Counted from the stretch's first letter, positions 49,903-59,544 are shown. The stretch: DNA of 64,000 nt from Bacillota bacterium (GCA_050949085.1 JBMNFB010000009.1:245095-309094); one strand, 5' to 3'. The notes: generated by a model from the sequence alone, not told the origin. Translations and numbers: made by a program.

Positions 49903-50610
49903 TTATTTTCCTCCGGCTACTGTCGCATTGCGCTGCCCCGGCGTGGGGACGATGTTATGATCGGTAGCCGGGCGTAAAATCAGATTGATATCACCGTAGT
50001 TCTGCGCCCAAATCACCTTCTCCGCATCGCCTGGGGTAACGGCCAGGGTCAGAGTAGAGGCCTCTGCGGGCGCCGGGCTGCCATTGCGCATTTCACTGCC
50101 GACAGCCAGCACCTTTATGTTTTGCAGCATGATTACTGAGCGATCAGTCTTGTCATCGGACGGCCACTTGCTGGAGAGGACGATGTCCACCCTATCACCC
50201 GGCCGCACCAGCTTAGCCACCGCGTTTAGCTCGCTGATGGCGATGCTCACCGCCCGCTGGCCGTTTTCCAGCTGGTAGGCCAGCCCTGATTGGCTGCCGG
50301 TGGCATAGAGGCGGCTGCTCAGCACCTGTTCGCCGGCGATGATCGATTGAGTCGTCACCTTGCCCAGGACATCGTTGAGACCGACAAAGGCCTGGGCGTG
50401 GCGCTGTCCTTTGGGCACCCGCTGGGCGGCCACCATGTCCGCAGTGATCAAGCTGCGGGCAGGGATGTTGCGCAAGGCCACGACCACTTCGTCGGTATGT
50501 TCCTGGTTGGCCATTTCCTGTAGATGCGAGAAAAACACGAAGACGCCGTAGCCAGCCACCACCGCCACCAGCAGTGCCAGCAGGATCAGACGTCGATTAG
50601 TAGCTTTCAC
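49903..50610 (-). CDS. cpaB: Flp pilus assembly protein CpaB/RcpC
   Basis: TM, SAF domain (VVVALRNIP), RAVSI, VRPGDRVD, LQNIKVLAVG. Confidence 0.9.
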   Translation of the reverse strand: MKATNRRLILLALLVAVVAGYGVFVFFSHLQEMANQEHTDEVVVALRNIPARSLITADMVAAQRVPKGQRHAQAFVGLNDVLGKVTTQSIIAGEQVLSSRLYATGSQSGLAYQLENGQRAVSIAISELNAVAKLVRPGDRVDIVLSSKWPSDDKTDRSVIMLQNIKVLAVGSEMRNGSPAPAEASTLTLAVTPGDAEKVIWAQNYGDINLILRPATDHNIVPTPGQRNATVAGGK

Positions 50611-50625
50611 TTGCCTGCCACCCCC

Positions 50626-51504
50626 TTAGCGTGTCAGCCTGACTACTTTGGTGCCATAGTCGTTGGCCGGGCCGACCTCACCGGACACCACGTTCTCAAT
50701 AAACTTGCCCCAGACCTCACCCCCGGCGCACCCCTCCAGGACAAAGGTGGCAAAGCCGACGACCTGCACCTCAGACCGCCCCTGTCCCAGCCGATCGATC
50801 ACCGGCACCAACACTACGCGCGCGCAATTTGTATGGGCACAGCCAGGTGTACACTGGTTGATGCGGTGGTTAACACCATCCTCCGTCGGCCCGGTCATGT
50901 TCCCCGGTTCGGTTTCCACCTGCTGGCCGATGCGCAGTACTTCGTCGAAGCCATATTTCAGCGTATGGCGATAGGGATCGGCGCCGCGGCCCGCCAGGGC
51001 CAGCGCACCGAAATTGCCTTGTTCCGAATCGTCCGGCCCCACTTTCAGCCGGTAGCTCTGGCCAAATTCAAAGTCCTGCCAGACCACACCCAGCGGTATG
51101 GCGCCCCGCACGCCGCTCAGCATTCCAGTGCCGGCCTCGCTGGCAGAATTGACGGTGGCCTCGTTCACCCCGAGCACGCGGGCCAAACCGAGACCGACAG
51201 TGCGCTCCGCCGTAACCACCACCGTCCGCTGGCCGTCCCGTTCGCGGATGGCCGCAACTGCTGTCGCCACGCCGTTGGCCGCGGCCACCTCGCGGGCAGT
51301 CTGAAGGGCGACCTCTTCGCCCAGCGATAGCGCACCGGCGCCGGCCAGCGCCGCCGCATCGCAGGCGGTCTGCAGGCGCGTCTCTTCAAGGTAGATCGTG
51401 CCGAAGTCGATCACCAAAGCGCCAAAGCCGCAGATCACAGTCATGGCCGCCAGGGTCAGCAAGCCGACTGCGCCCCTGCGGTCGCTAGAGAAGCGATTTT
51501 TCAT
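50626..51504 (-). CDS. TadG-like pseudopilin/tip protein
   Basis: RRGAV..ALVIDFG..RLQTACDAAALAGA; GNFGAL; TEPGNM. Confidence 0.82.
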   Translation of the reverse strand: MKNRFSSDRRGAVGLLTLAAMTVICGFGALVIDFGTIYLEETRLQTACDAAALAGAGALSLGEEVALQTAREVAAANGVATAVAAIRERDGQRTVVVTAERTVGLGLARVLGVNEATVNSASEAGTGMLSGVRGAIPLGVVWQDFEFGQSYRLKVGPDDSEQGNFGALALAGRGADPYRHTLKYGFDEVLRIGQQVETEPGNMTGPTEDGVNHRINQCTPGCAHTNCARVVLVPVIDRLGQGRSEVQVVGFATFVLEGCAGGEVWGKFIENVVSGEVGPANDYGTKVVRLTR

Positions 51505-51884
51505 TCTCCCCTCATCACCGCCTTTCCGACTACTGTATAGGGATTAGGTAAGAGCCGACTGATGATCGGCGTGATGATCGGTAGCTCATATTCGACCTGG
51601 ACCGTGACGTTCACCCCGGCGCCCCGCTCAGCAGAACCGGGGCTGATCTCGACGTTCAGGGCAGCCGCGTCCAGCGTAGCCGCCGCCTGCCGCACAGCCT
51701 CCTGAATTTCCGCATCAGCGGCGCCGACGATGGCCACCCGGGCGCCGGCCCGGGCAGCTGTGGTCACTGTCAGGTAGCCGTGAAAAATCCGGCCGAAATC
51801 GATGATGCCCATCAGGACCAGCAACAGCACCGGCAGGGCGACGGCCAGTTCCACCAGCGCCTGCCCCCGGCGATTCCTTCTCAT
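51501..51884 (-). CDS. tadE: TadE family pseudopilin
   Basis: RGQALVELAVALP..IIDFG..AARAGAR. Confidence 0.88.
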   Translation of the reverse strand: MRRNRRGQALVELAVALPVLLLVLMGIIDFGRIFHGYLTVTTAARAGARVAIVGAADAEIQEAVRQAAATLDAAALNVEISPGSAERGAGVNVTVQVEYELPIITPIISRLLPNPYTVVGKAVMRGE

Positions 51885-52351
51885 AGAATCCACCCCAGTT
51901 CCGCCAGGATGACGCCGATGGCGATGGCCGGCGAATAGGGGAACTTGCGCTGCATCAGGTCGGTGCGGGTGATCACGCTGACGGCGGCCAGCTGAACTTC
52001 GCGATGATAGATGAAGACAGCGACGGCCAGCGCGCCCCCGGCGGCAGCACCCAGCAGCAGGGCGCGCCAGAAAAAGTGAAACCCGCGCAACGCCCCCAGG
52101 GCCGCCAGCAGCTTGACGTCGCCGCCGCCGAATTTGCCGCTGGCGAAGAAGGGCAGCAGCACCAGCAGCCCCAGCGCAAAACCACCCAGGCTATCGCCGA
52201 GACCTGCCAGGCCATTGAGCGTCACCTGCAGCACAAGACCCAGGCCGGCCGCGCTCACGGTCAGCCAGTTGGGGATGCGGTTTTCCTTGAGATCCAGATA
52301 GACGGCAATACCCAGGAATAGATAGGTGATGGCCTGTAACATCAGGAGCAC
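51881..52351 (-). CDS. Prepilin peptidase A24 (CpaA/TadV)
   Basis: DLKENRIPN, GGGDVKL, FPYSPAI. Confidence 0.9.
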   Translation of the reverse strand: MLLMLQAITYLFLGIAVYLDLKENRIPNWLTVSAAGLGLVLQVTLNGLAGLGDSLGGFALGLLVLLPFFASGKFGGGDVKLLAALGALRGFHFFWRALLLGAAAGGALAVAVFIYHREVQLAAVSVITRTDLMQRKFPYSPAIAIGVILAELGWIL

Positions 52352-52380
52352 CCCTCCTCGTCAACAACTGCTGGTTACCA

Positions 52381-52428
52381 GAGCGCCCTAGGAAAAAACG
52401 GCCCTACAGGTGGGCCGTTTGTAGGGCT
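52381..52428 (-). terminator. Terminator/attenuator after the flp pilin gene
   Basis: AAACGGCCC/GGGCCGTTT stem plus T-run, overlapped by a competing GCCCTACA/TGTAGGGC stem. Confidence 0.7.
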
Positions 52429-52437
52429 CGGTACTCC

Positions 52438-52626
52438 TTACGGACCGGCAGGATCGGGAACCTCGTCCAATCCACCCTCTACCTTACCAAAGATCTCCGC
52501 AATCTTATCTCTTAGGGCTACTAGAGTAACAATCAGTCCCACCGCGATCAGTCCAATAATCAGTCCATACTCGGTCATCGCCTGGCCAGACTCGTCCTCC
52601 CAAAGGCGTAGGAACATTTCCTTCAC
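52438..52626 (-). CDS. flp: Flp family type IVb pilin
   Basis: EDESG|QAMTEYGLII Flp motif; GGAGGT RBS before GTG. Confidence 0.93.
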   Translation of the reverse strand: MKEMFLRLWEDESGQAMTEYGLIIGLIAVGLIVTLVALRDKIAEIFGKVEGGLDEVPDPAGP

Positions 52627-52765
52627 TATTGTCACCTCCCTCGAATTGGTATGTCTTAATATGTTCGCTCGGCTGTCTTAATTGTAGGAGAAATAGAAAT
52701 CTGGCGCATGCTGCGCCAGACTCAAAGTGGGACGAGCCCATCGGACCATTTTCGACTATTTTTGA

Positions 52766-53206
52766 CTAGGACTTTAGTCCCTGAGCCAGTTGGGACCGTT
52801 CGATGAGGAGCCTACCCAGCAGCTCCACCGCCTGCAGCGGGGTCAGCCGCCGCGTGAGATCCAGCACCCAGGTGACCTGCCCGCTGGCCCGATCACAGAC
52901 GGCGTGGGTGGCGTCCGTGCCAGTCATCCAGTGTAACAGCGGATATGTATCCTGCAGGCGCTGGATAAGGGGGGCGAGGGACCCGCCGTCGTCATTGGAG
53001 ACAACCCAGACGTCGCTGAGGGAGAGATGCTCCGCCTCCCGAAACAGCCGCCAGACCAGCTGCAGCAGGGGATCGAGGAACTCCTCGCCATGCTCCACCT
53101 GCAGCACCAGGCTGACAGCGATGCTCTGCCGTTTTCCGGCTATGTATAATGACCAGGCCGCCCAGATGCCAAGCAGGGCGATGCCGACGAGAAACAGGCC
53201 AGCCAT
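52766..53206 (-). CDS. Hypothetical single-TM protein
   Basis: N-terminal TM; GAGGTG RBS; directly after degU. Confidence 0.7.
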   Translation of the reverse strand: MAGLFLVGIALLGIWAAWSLYIAGKRQSIAVSLVLQVEHGEEFLDPLLQLVWRLFREAEHLSLSDVWVVSNDDGGSLAPLIQRLQDTYPLLHWMTGTDATHAVCDRASGQVTWVLDLTRRLTPLQAVELLGRLLIERSQLAQGLKS

Positions 53207-53263
53207 AGCACCACCTCGATCTTTCCTGGAGTGCTACAGCATATGCAGCCAGCGAGGCGAGTG

Positions 53264-53923
53264 TTAAGGCAGCTGCACCAGCTTCAGCTTCAGGGCCTGC
53301 ACCACTGCCTGGGTGCGGTCGCTGACCTCCAGCTTGCGCAGGATGTTGCTGACGTGGTTCTTGACAGTCTTCTCGCTGATATACAGCTTCTCGGAGATGT
53401 CGCGATTGCTGCAGCCCTGCACCATCAGATCCAGCACCTCCTGCTCACGCTCGCTGAGCAACTGGGCGCCGTTTCCGGCGGCGAGGGGCTGCCCCTGGGA
53501 AAGGCGGCTGAACTCATGGATCAGCTTGTTCGTCATCTCCGGCTGCACCACCGAACCGCCGTTGACGATGATGCGGATGGCGTCCACCAGCCGATCCGGC
53601 TCGACATCCTTCAGCAGGTAGCCGGCGGCGCCGGCCTTCAATACTTCGAAAAGGTACTCTTCATCATCGTAGATGGTCAGGATCAGGATCGCCACCCAGG
53701 GAAACTGGGACTTCATCAGCTTAGTGGCTTCGACACCGTTGCAGACCGGCATGTTCAGATCCATAATCACCAGATCGGGGTTCAGCTCCGGCAGACAGGC
53801 ACAGGCCACCTCGCCATTGCAGGCTTCGCCCACCACTTCCAGATCGGGCTCCATCTCCAGGATGCGACGCAACCCCTGACGAAACAGGGTATGATCGTCC
53901 ACCAGCAACAGCTTAGTTGACAT
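53264..53923 (-). CDS. degU: NarL-family response regulator, DegU-like
   Basis: VDDHTLFRQGLRRIL, MDLNMP, LuxR HTH (ISEKTVKNHVSNILRKL); overlaps degS. Confidence 0.85.
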   Translation of the reverse strand: MSTKLLLVDDHTLFRQGLRRILEMEPDLEVVGEACNGEVACACLPELNPDLVIMDLNMPVCNGVEATKLMKSQFPWVAILILTIYDDEEYLFEVLKAGAAGYLLKDVEPDRLVDAIRIIVNGGSVVQPEMTNKLIHEFSRLSQGQPLAAGNGAQLLSEREQEVLDLMVQGCSNRDISEKLYISEKTVKNHVSNILRKLEVSDRTQAVVQALKLKLVQLP

Positions 53924-55064
53924 CTGCTGATTCCCCCCTTGTCGGTACCTGGACACGGATCCTGGTGCCTTCACCCGGAGCCGAGTCCAGTTCCCATACT
54001 CCCTGCAACAGTTCCACCCGCTCCCGCATGCTGAGCAGGCCGTAGTGATCGCCCACCCTGCCCAGGGCCTCATCAACGGCGAACCCTACTCCATCGTCCT
54101 GTACCAGCACCTTCAGCGTATCGGGGCTAAACTCGACCCGCACCAGCACATTCTGCGCCTTGGCGTGTTTGATGATATTGTTCAAAGCCTCCTGCACGAT
54201 GCGGAAGATACCAACCTCCACATGGGAGGGCAGGCGCTCCTCCTTACCCGCCACCGAGAAGTCGATCAGGAAGCCGTGCTGATCCTTCATATCGTTGATA
54301 TAGCGCCGCAGCGTGGGCACCAGCCCCAGATCGTCCAGAGTCATCGGCCGCAGGTCGTGGATCACCTTGCGGATATCCTGCAGGCTGCGGCGCACCACAT
54401 CCTTCAGCTGGCGTAACTCCGCCCGCACCTGCTCGATATCGCTATCCAGCAGCTTCTCGCAGATCTCCGCCCGCAAGACGACGTTAGCCAGCGTCTGGGC
54501 CGGACCATCGTGGATATCCCGCGCCACGCGCTGCCGCTCTTCCTCCTGCGCCTTGATGACTCGCATGCCCAGGAGGTGACGCTGTTGAATGCTGTCCAGC
54601 TGGCCGGTCAGCTCGCGCAGGTTGCCCTGCATGTATTGGGTAGCAACGTTGATCTGACTGATCAGTTCCTCGGCCTTGCGGCTGGTGTTCTGCAGGTTTT
54701 CCAGCGTGAGTTCGACCTCATCCCACTGCGCCCGCAGCTTGGCCTCGCGCTCCCGCAGGACGACCAGATCCAGCTGCGTCGTCTGGGCCATCTCATAGGC
54801 CTGCTTGATGTCTTCCTCTGAATAACGGTCGAAGTCGCGGCTGACCTCCATCAGCCGCAACCGATCCATCCGATATAGGCCTTCCTTTTCATCCACCTGG
54901 CCGATGACCGCTTTGGTCTGCGCTTTGATATCCAGGGCCTGCATCTCAACCCGAGCATACTCAGCTCGAGCCATTTCCGAGATCTCGAAAATCTGGCTCT
55001 TGCTTTTCTCGATCATCATGACCGTATCGTTGATGATTTTGTCCAGCAATTTGCCGTCAACCAT
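53913..55064 (-). CDS. degS: Cytoplasmic sensor histidine kinase DegS
   Basis: DegS sensor coiled coil (RLMEVSRDFDRYSEEDIKQAYE), ARDIHDGPAQ, QEALNN, DDGVGF. Confidence 0.9.
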   Translation of the reverse strand: MVDGKLLDKIINDTVMMIEKSKSQIFEISEMARAEYARVEMQALDIKAQTKAVIGQVDEKEGLYRMDRLRLMEVSRDFDRYSEEDIKQAYEMAQTTQLDLVVLREREAKLRAQWDEVELTLENLQNTSRKAEELISQINVATQYMQGNLRELTGQLDSIQQRHLLGMRVIKAQEEERQRVARDIHDGPAQTLANVVLRAEICEKLLDSDIEQVRAELRQLKDVVRRSLQDIRKVIHDLRPMTLDDLGLVPTLRRYINDMKDQHGFLIDFSVAGKEERLPSHVEVGIFRIVQEALNNIIKHAKAQNVLVRVEFSPDTLKVLVQDDGVGFAVDEALGRVGDHYGLLSMRERVELLQGVWELDSAPGEGTRIRVQVPTRGESADVN

Positions 55065-55297
55065 CTGCAGCCCCTGCCCTCTTCGAATTGCTTTCTGGCG
55101 GAATCTCTGCATAACAAACCAGCCGTTAGCTGCTGGCCACAATCGCCCACTTTCCTCGAACGCCGGATGGCAATCAAGGATACATATGGAAGACACCTGC
55201 CAACGCTCTTAGTTCGCTGATGGGACGACATAGTCCTGCCTCAAGAGGCAATTTTACCAGACAAGTTTGCCAAGAGAAGGGAGAATCCTGCAAACGG

Positions 55298-55334
55298 CAA
55301 AAAAAACACCCGCCCTCGAGAAGAGGGCAGGCGT
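55298..55334 (-). terminator. Intrinsic terminator after metK
   Basis: CGCCTGCCCTC/GAGGGCGGGTG stem followed by a long T-run. Confidence 0.75.
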
Positions 55335-55358
55335 CTGGAGGACAAAGGCCTGAGGTTA

Positions 55359-56558
55359 TTACTCGCTGCCGGCATCTTGCCGCAGGAGCTCCACCTTGTC
55401 CAGGCGCTCCCAGGGCAGATCCAGATCATTGCGGCCGAAATGCCCGTAGGCTGCCACCTGGCGGTAAATCGGCCGCCGCAAATCCAGGTCGCGGATGATG
55501 GCCGCCGGACGGAGATCAAAATGGCGGCGAATAAGCTGGGTGATGCGTTCGTCGCAAACTTTGCCGGTGCCAAAAGTGTCCACCATGATGCTCACCGGGC
55601 GAGCGACGCCGATGGCGTAGGCGATCTGTACTTCGCAGCGGTCGGCCAGGCCGGCGGCCACCACATTCTTGGCGACATAGCGGGCCGCGTAGGCCGCCGA
55701 GCGATCGACCTTGGTGGGATCCTTGCCGGAAAAGGCGCCGCCACCGTGCCGAGCCATGCCACCATAGGTGTCGACGATGATTTTACGGCCGGTCAGGCCG
55801 GAATCACCCTGGGGCCCACCCACGACGAAGCGACCGGTCGGATTGACCAGCAGGCGCGTATCCTGATCCAGCAGCTGGCTGGGAATCACCGGCCTGATCA
55901 CGTGTTCGATGATATCGGCACGAATCGTCTCCAGCTCCACCGCAGGGGTGTGCTGGCAGGAGACGAGCACGGTATCCACCCGTACGGGCCGATAGCCTTC
56001 ATACTCGACAGTAACTTGCGTCTTGCCGTCCGGCCGCAGATAGGGCACGATCTGGTTCCGCCGCACCTCGGCCAGGCGACGTGCCAGCTTGTGAGCGAGC
56101 ATGATCGGAGTCGGCATATATTCGGGTGTCTCGTTGCAGGCAAAGCCAAAGACCATCCCCTGATCGCCAGCACCCACCAGCGCCGACATATCCTGTTCTT
56201 CGCCACTCCTGTGCTCCAGAGCCTGATCAACTCCCTGGGCGATGTCCGGCGATTGCTCGTCGATGGACGTGAGGACGGCGCAGGTATCGGCATCAAACCC
56301 GTGCTTGGCTCGATTGTAGCCGATATCGCGCACCGTCTGCCGCACCAGCTTCGGGATATCCACATAGCAGCCGGTGCTGATCTCGCCGATGACCAGCACC
56401 ATGCCGGTGGTGACCGTCGTCTCGCAGGCTACCCGGGCCAGCGGATCCTGCGCCAGAATGGCGTCAAGGATGGCATCAGAAATCTGGTCAGCCACTTTGT
56501 CGGGGTGACCCTCGGTTACCGACTCTGATGTAAAGAAGTAGCGCTGATTGTTGAACAT
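55359..56558 (-). CDS. metK: S-adenosylmethionine synthetase
   Basis: [35 protein letters not shown]. Confidence 0.98.
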   Translation of the reverse strand: MFNNQRYFFTSESVTEGHPDKVADQISDAILDAILAQDPLARVACETTVTTGMVLVIGEISTGCYVDIPKLVRQTVRDIGYNRAKHGFDADTCAVLTSIDEQSPDIAQGVDQALEHRSGEEQDMSALVGAGDQGMVFGFACNETPEYMPTPIMLAHKLARRLAEVRRNQIVPYLRPDGKTQVTVEYEGYRPVRVDTVLVSCQHTPAVELETIRADIIEHVIRPVIPSQLLDQDTRLLVNPTGRFVVGGPQGDSGLTGRKIIVDTYGGMARHGGGAFSGKDPTKVDRSAAYAARYVAKNVVAAGLADRCEVQIAYAIGVARPVSIMVDTFGTGKVCDERITQLIRRHFDLRPAAIIRDLDLRRPIYRQVAAYGHFGRNDLDLPWERLDKVELLRQDAGSE

Positions 56559-56596
56559 CTCATCTCCCCCTTATCCTCTACTCTTACCCATCATGT

Positions 56597-56636
56597 AGAG
56601 AGAGAAAGCCGCTCCCCGAAAAATGAGGAGCGGCAG
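56597..56636 (-). terminator. SAM riboswitch expression-platform terminator
   Basis: GCCGCTCC/GGAGCGGC stem followed by TTTCTCTCT. Confidence 0.75.
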
Positions 56637-56652
56637 TGAACTTCTGGCTCTG

Positions 56653-56754
56653 CTCTCATCTTCCAGAATACTCTGCAGGAATTGGCACCGCTGCGCCGGA
56701 GGCGCCGGTTGCCGGGTTTCATCGGGCCTGTCCCTCCACCTCTCTGGATAAGAG
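56653..56754 (-). ncRNA. SAM-I riboswitch (S-box)
   Basis: CTCTTATCCAGAGAGGTGGAGGGACAGGCCCGATGAAACCCGGCAACC...GGTGCCAATTCCTGCAG...CTGGAAGATGAGAG upstream of metK. Confidence 0.96.
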
Positions 56755-56763
56755 TCTGGGACA

Positions 56764-56792
56764 ATTATAGAGCGAAGCTTGTCGACTGTCAA
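56764..56792 (-). promoter_or_regulatory. Consensus SigA promoter of the metK leader
   Basis: TTGACA-17-TATAAT. Confidence 0.88.
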
Positions 56793-56963
56793 CGCATTGC
56801 TGGGGGAATTTATGGGTTTGAGCGGGAAAGCTATCGCCCCTTATGACATCGCTATCGGGGGAGGGATTTCATTGTCCAGGGGCGACCAAAGTTGCGGGTA
56901 ATAGGGGCGCACGTTCTTGCGGATACCCGGCAGCTCGGCCGAGGCAGAGATGCGAATCTCGGC

Positions 56964-57845
56964 TCAGATCAGCAGCAGAGGCGGCTCGGGTTCTTCCGGC
57001 GGCTGGCGTCGGGAGTAGTCCGGGGCATCCGGTTGTGCGCGGCCGCTGGCCCGCCAGTAGGCAGCAAACAGTGCCAGCTGATAATACGTGGACCAGATGA
57101 CGCCGAGTATGCCGTAGAGGAGGCCGCCCAGCCCGCTATCGTTTCCTGTCTCCAGCAGCACGCCGTTGACCGCCAGGGAAAGCAGGGCGAGCAGCAGGAA
57201 GCCGCTCAGGTTACGCCAGACCACGCGCGGGCTGGCCAGGACGGCCGGCACGGCACCGCACTCCTCCAGCGGTGCAATCTTGTTCCACAGGCCGAAGAAA
57301 AAGCGCAGCGTACTCAGCAGAAAACCTCCGATCATCACCCGGGGGAGCAGATGGGAGAAATGCTGGATGAGGGTGATGAGGTCAGCCGTGGTTCCATAGG
57401 CGATGGCCAGGGTCAGCAGTTGATGGAAAACGTTGCCCCAGAGTATAACCGCCAACACAATCTGCGCCAGGCCCAGAAGTGCGCTGCCGCCGATGAATGT
57501 CCAGAAGTAGCGGCGCACCCCGGCAGCGAAATGCCCGGTATCCACGGGCTCTCCCTTGATGGCTGCCGCCAGCATATTGGCCTGACCGGAAAGATGGAAA
57601 GCTACCAGGGCAAAGGCGGCCATACCCGCCAGCGAGAACTGTCGCCACAGACCGGCCAGCGACGAAAAATCCCCGGCCAGGAGCCGCGACTGGATGGTGG
57701 GATCCAGCCCCAGGAGCAAGGCCACGGCGACAATCACCAGGACAATGCCGCTACCGATAGCCATCAGCACGGGGAACCAGACCACAATCCAGTTCTGTCG
57801 CAGAACCTGCCAGGCGTCGCGCAACGCATCTAGCGCCAACTGCAT
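56964..57845 (-). CDS. Hypothetical integral membrane protein
   Basis: About 6-7 hydrophobic segments; GGAGGAGG RBS. Confidence 0.75.
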   Translation of the reverse strand: MQLALDALRDAWQVLRQNWIVVWFPVLMAIGSGIVLVIVAVALLLGLDPTIQSRLLAGDFSSLAGLWRQFSLAGMAAFALVAFHLSGQANMLAAAIKGEPVDTGHFAAGVRRYFWTFIGGSALLGLAQIVLAVILWGNVFHQLLTLAIAYGTTADLITLIQHFSHLLPRVMIGGFLLSTLRFFFGLWNKIAPLEECGAVPAVLASPRVVWRNLSGFLLLALLSLAVNGVLLETGNDSGLGGLLYGILGVIWSTYYQLALFAAYWRASGRAQPDAPDYSRRQPPEEPEPPLLLI

Positions 57846-58116
57846 ACCAACCCCTCCTCCCGCAGCACCGGCCCTGGGGCGGCGCTGGCTAACCTCCACC
57901 TGTCTGGACGGCAGACTACAGCATTAACGTTAATTGATTAATACGTTGTTGAACACGATTGTATCACTCGACCGAATGCCCCAACAAGCAAGCCTGCCGC
58001 ACGGCGCCGTCTGCTGCGAGACGTAGTGCGGCAGGCCCACTCTAACCTACTTGGAAGTATTTGCAGGGTCCCTGTTGCTGTTTCCGTGAAGTCATCCGAA
58101 AAGCGGTGCCGCTGCC

Positions 58117-58563
58117 CTAGATGGCTCCCGTCAGGGCCAGGATGATCTGGGCGATCACGGCGGAGCCGACAAAGGTGCCGACAAAGGTCAGTAGTGCGGT
58201 AACCACTATCTTCGCCCCCTGCTCCCGGAAGCTTCTTAGATCCTTGCCGATGGAGATACCGGCGTAGGCCAGAATCGGCGTACAGAGAGCCAGGAACTGC
58301 ACCTTCTCAACCTGCTTGACCACATAATCCGCCCCGGGGAATCCCGGAATGGAGATGATGATAGCCAGCAATGAGATATAGGCGATAGCGGGGAGCTTCC
58401 AGGGTATGATCTTGGAAAGCGCGTAGCCGACGGCGGACACCGCCACCAGGATTGCCAACCCCGGGATCGCTTCCAGAGGGGGAACGTTAAAGCCGATCCA
58501 GTTGCCGATCGCCGTAATTGCACCGGTTATCGCCAATACCCTAAATACGCCAGAATGGGTCAT
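58117..58563 (-). CDS. Small membrane protein, partner of DUF3100
   Basis: FLALCTPILAYAGISIGKDL..TFVGSAVIAQ; directly after DUF3100. Confidence 0.8.
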   Translation of the reverse strand: MTHSGVFRVLAITGAITAIGNWIGFNVPPLEAIPGLAILVAVSAVGYALSKIIPWKLPAIAYISLLAIIISIPGFPGADYVVKQVEKVQFLALCTPILAYAGISIGKDLRSFREQGAKIVVTALLTFVGTFVGSAVIAQIILALTGAI

Positions 58564-58586
58564 CTCTGATTACACCTCCGCAGATT

Positions 58587-59360
58587 TTAGGCCGTGGCCG
58601 ACTTGCCGCCTAACCGACGGTAGAGCCATTCGGTGATGGGAATCGCCATGAAGAGCCCGACCCAGAGTCCATCGACGGCGCTGAGCAGCTGGCTGCCAGC
58701 GGCAAAAGCAGTGATCTCTGTCTCCAGCGCCGGATACGCTGCGACCACCGGTCCCAGCGCCGCCGCCATCATCGAAGCGCTGCCGGTACCGCAAGCCATG
58801 CCCAGGGCAAACGGATGAAAGATATTCAAGGCAGTCAGGAAGCCGACAAACAGGCCGTTGAAGATCGCACCAAACAGTGTTCCGGTGATGTAGGCCCCCA
58901 TGACGCCGCGGCCCTCGGCAGAATCGAGACCGTAGAGCTCACTGACGATGGCCAGGGAACCCTCGCGCGAGATGGAGAATGAGGCGCCGATGGCCTCCCG
59001 TCCCAGGCGCAGCAAGAGGACAGCCACCGGCAGGGCAAAGAAGATCGTAAAGAGGTTCCCTAGCTCCTGTAGCACCAGAGCCGGTCCGGACCTGAACAGC
59101 AGGGGCAGATTGGGGCCGATGTTCGTGCCCATCTTGGCCGTGAGCAACAGGACAGAAACGGTGATAAACGGAGAAGCGATATCCATGTCCTCCCGATCCA
59201 CCAGGCGCAGTGAAGGTAAGAACATGCCGATGACCAGCGCGTAGAGCATCGGCAGGAGGGTCACCACTGCCGGCCCGAGCGTAAACGAGAAAATGCCGAT
59301 GGCTTCGGTGAGCGCGACTACCGCCAGACAGATCAGATGAACCTTCAGTTCCTTATTCAT
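58587..59360 (-). CDS. DUF3100 family membrane protein (putative transporter)
   Basis: LVLQELGN, REAIGASFSISREG, GMACGTGSASMM. Confidence 0.87.
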   Translation of the reverse strand: MNKELKVHLICLAVVALTEAIGIFSFTLGPAVVTLLPMLYALVIGMFLPSLRLVDREDMDIASPFITVSVLLLTAKMGTNIGPNLPLLFRSGPALVLQELGNLFTIFFALPVAVLLLRLGREAIGASFSISREGSLAIVSELYGLDSAEGRGVMGAYITGTLFGAIFNGLFVGFLTALNIFHPFALGMACGTGSASMMAAALGPVVAAYPALETEITAFAAGSQLLSAVDGLWVGLFMAIPITEWLYRRLGGKSATA

Positions 59361-59544
59361 GCTGCTTCGTTCCTCCTCGGCTAGCTACTGCAGTTAGCTT
59401 TCCCCGGCAACTTCCCTGATCATTCCTGAATAGGCTCCAATCTTGCCAACGTCAATCTCCTCACCAACCCTGCTCATACAGGAAAAAGAGGTGTCCCCTG
59501 CCCTTCTGGCGGGGAACACCCCTATCATCTGGATCCGCTCGTGT

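Noticed and set aside
52636-52765. c-di-GMP riboswitch upstream of flp
   Set aside because: No GEMM-type GCAAA/GNRA pattern; the TCTGGCGCA/TGCGCCAGA stem is better explained as the terminator of the upstream gene.
55065-55250. Long degS leader as a riboswitch or N-terminal extension
   Set aside because: No recognisable aptamer motif; the RBS supports the start at 55064.
57992-58036. GCCTGCCGCAC/GTGCGGCAGGC long hairpin
   Set aside because: Most simply a terminator for the DUF3100 pair; no further copies were noticed.
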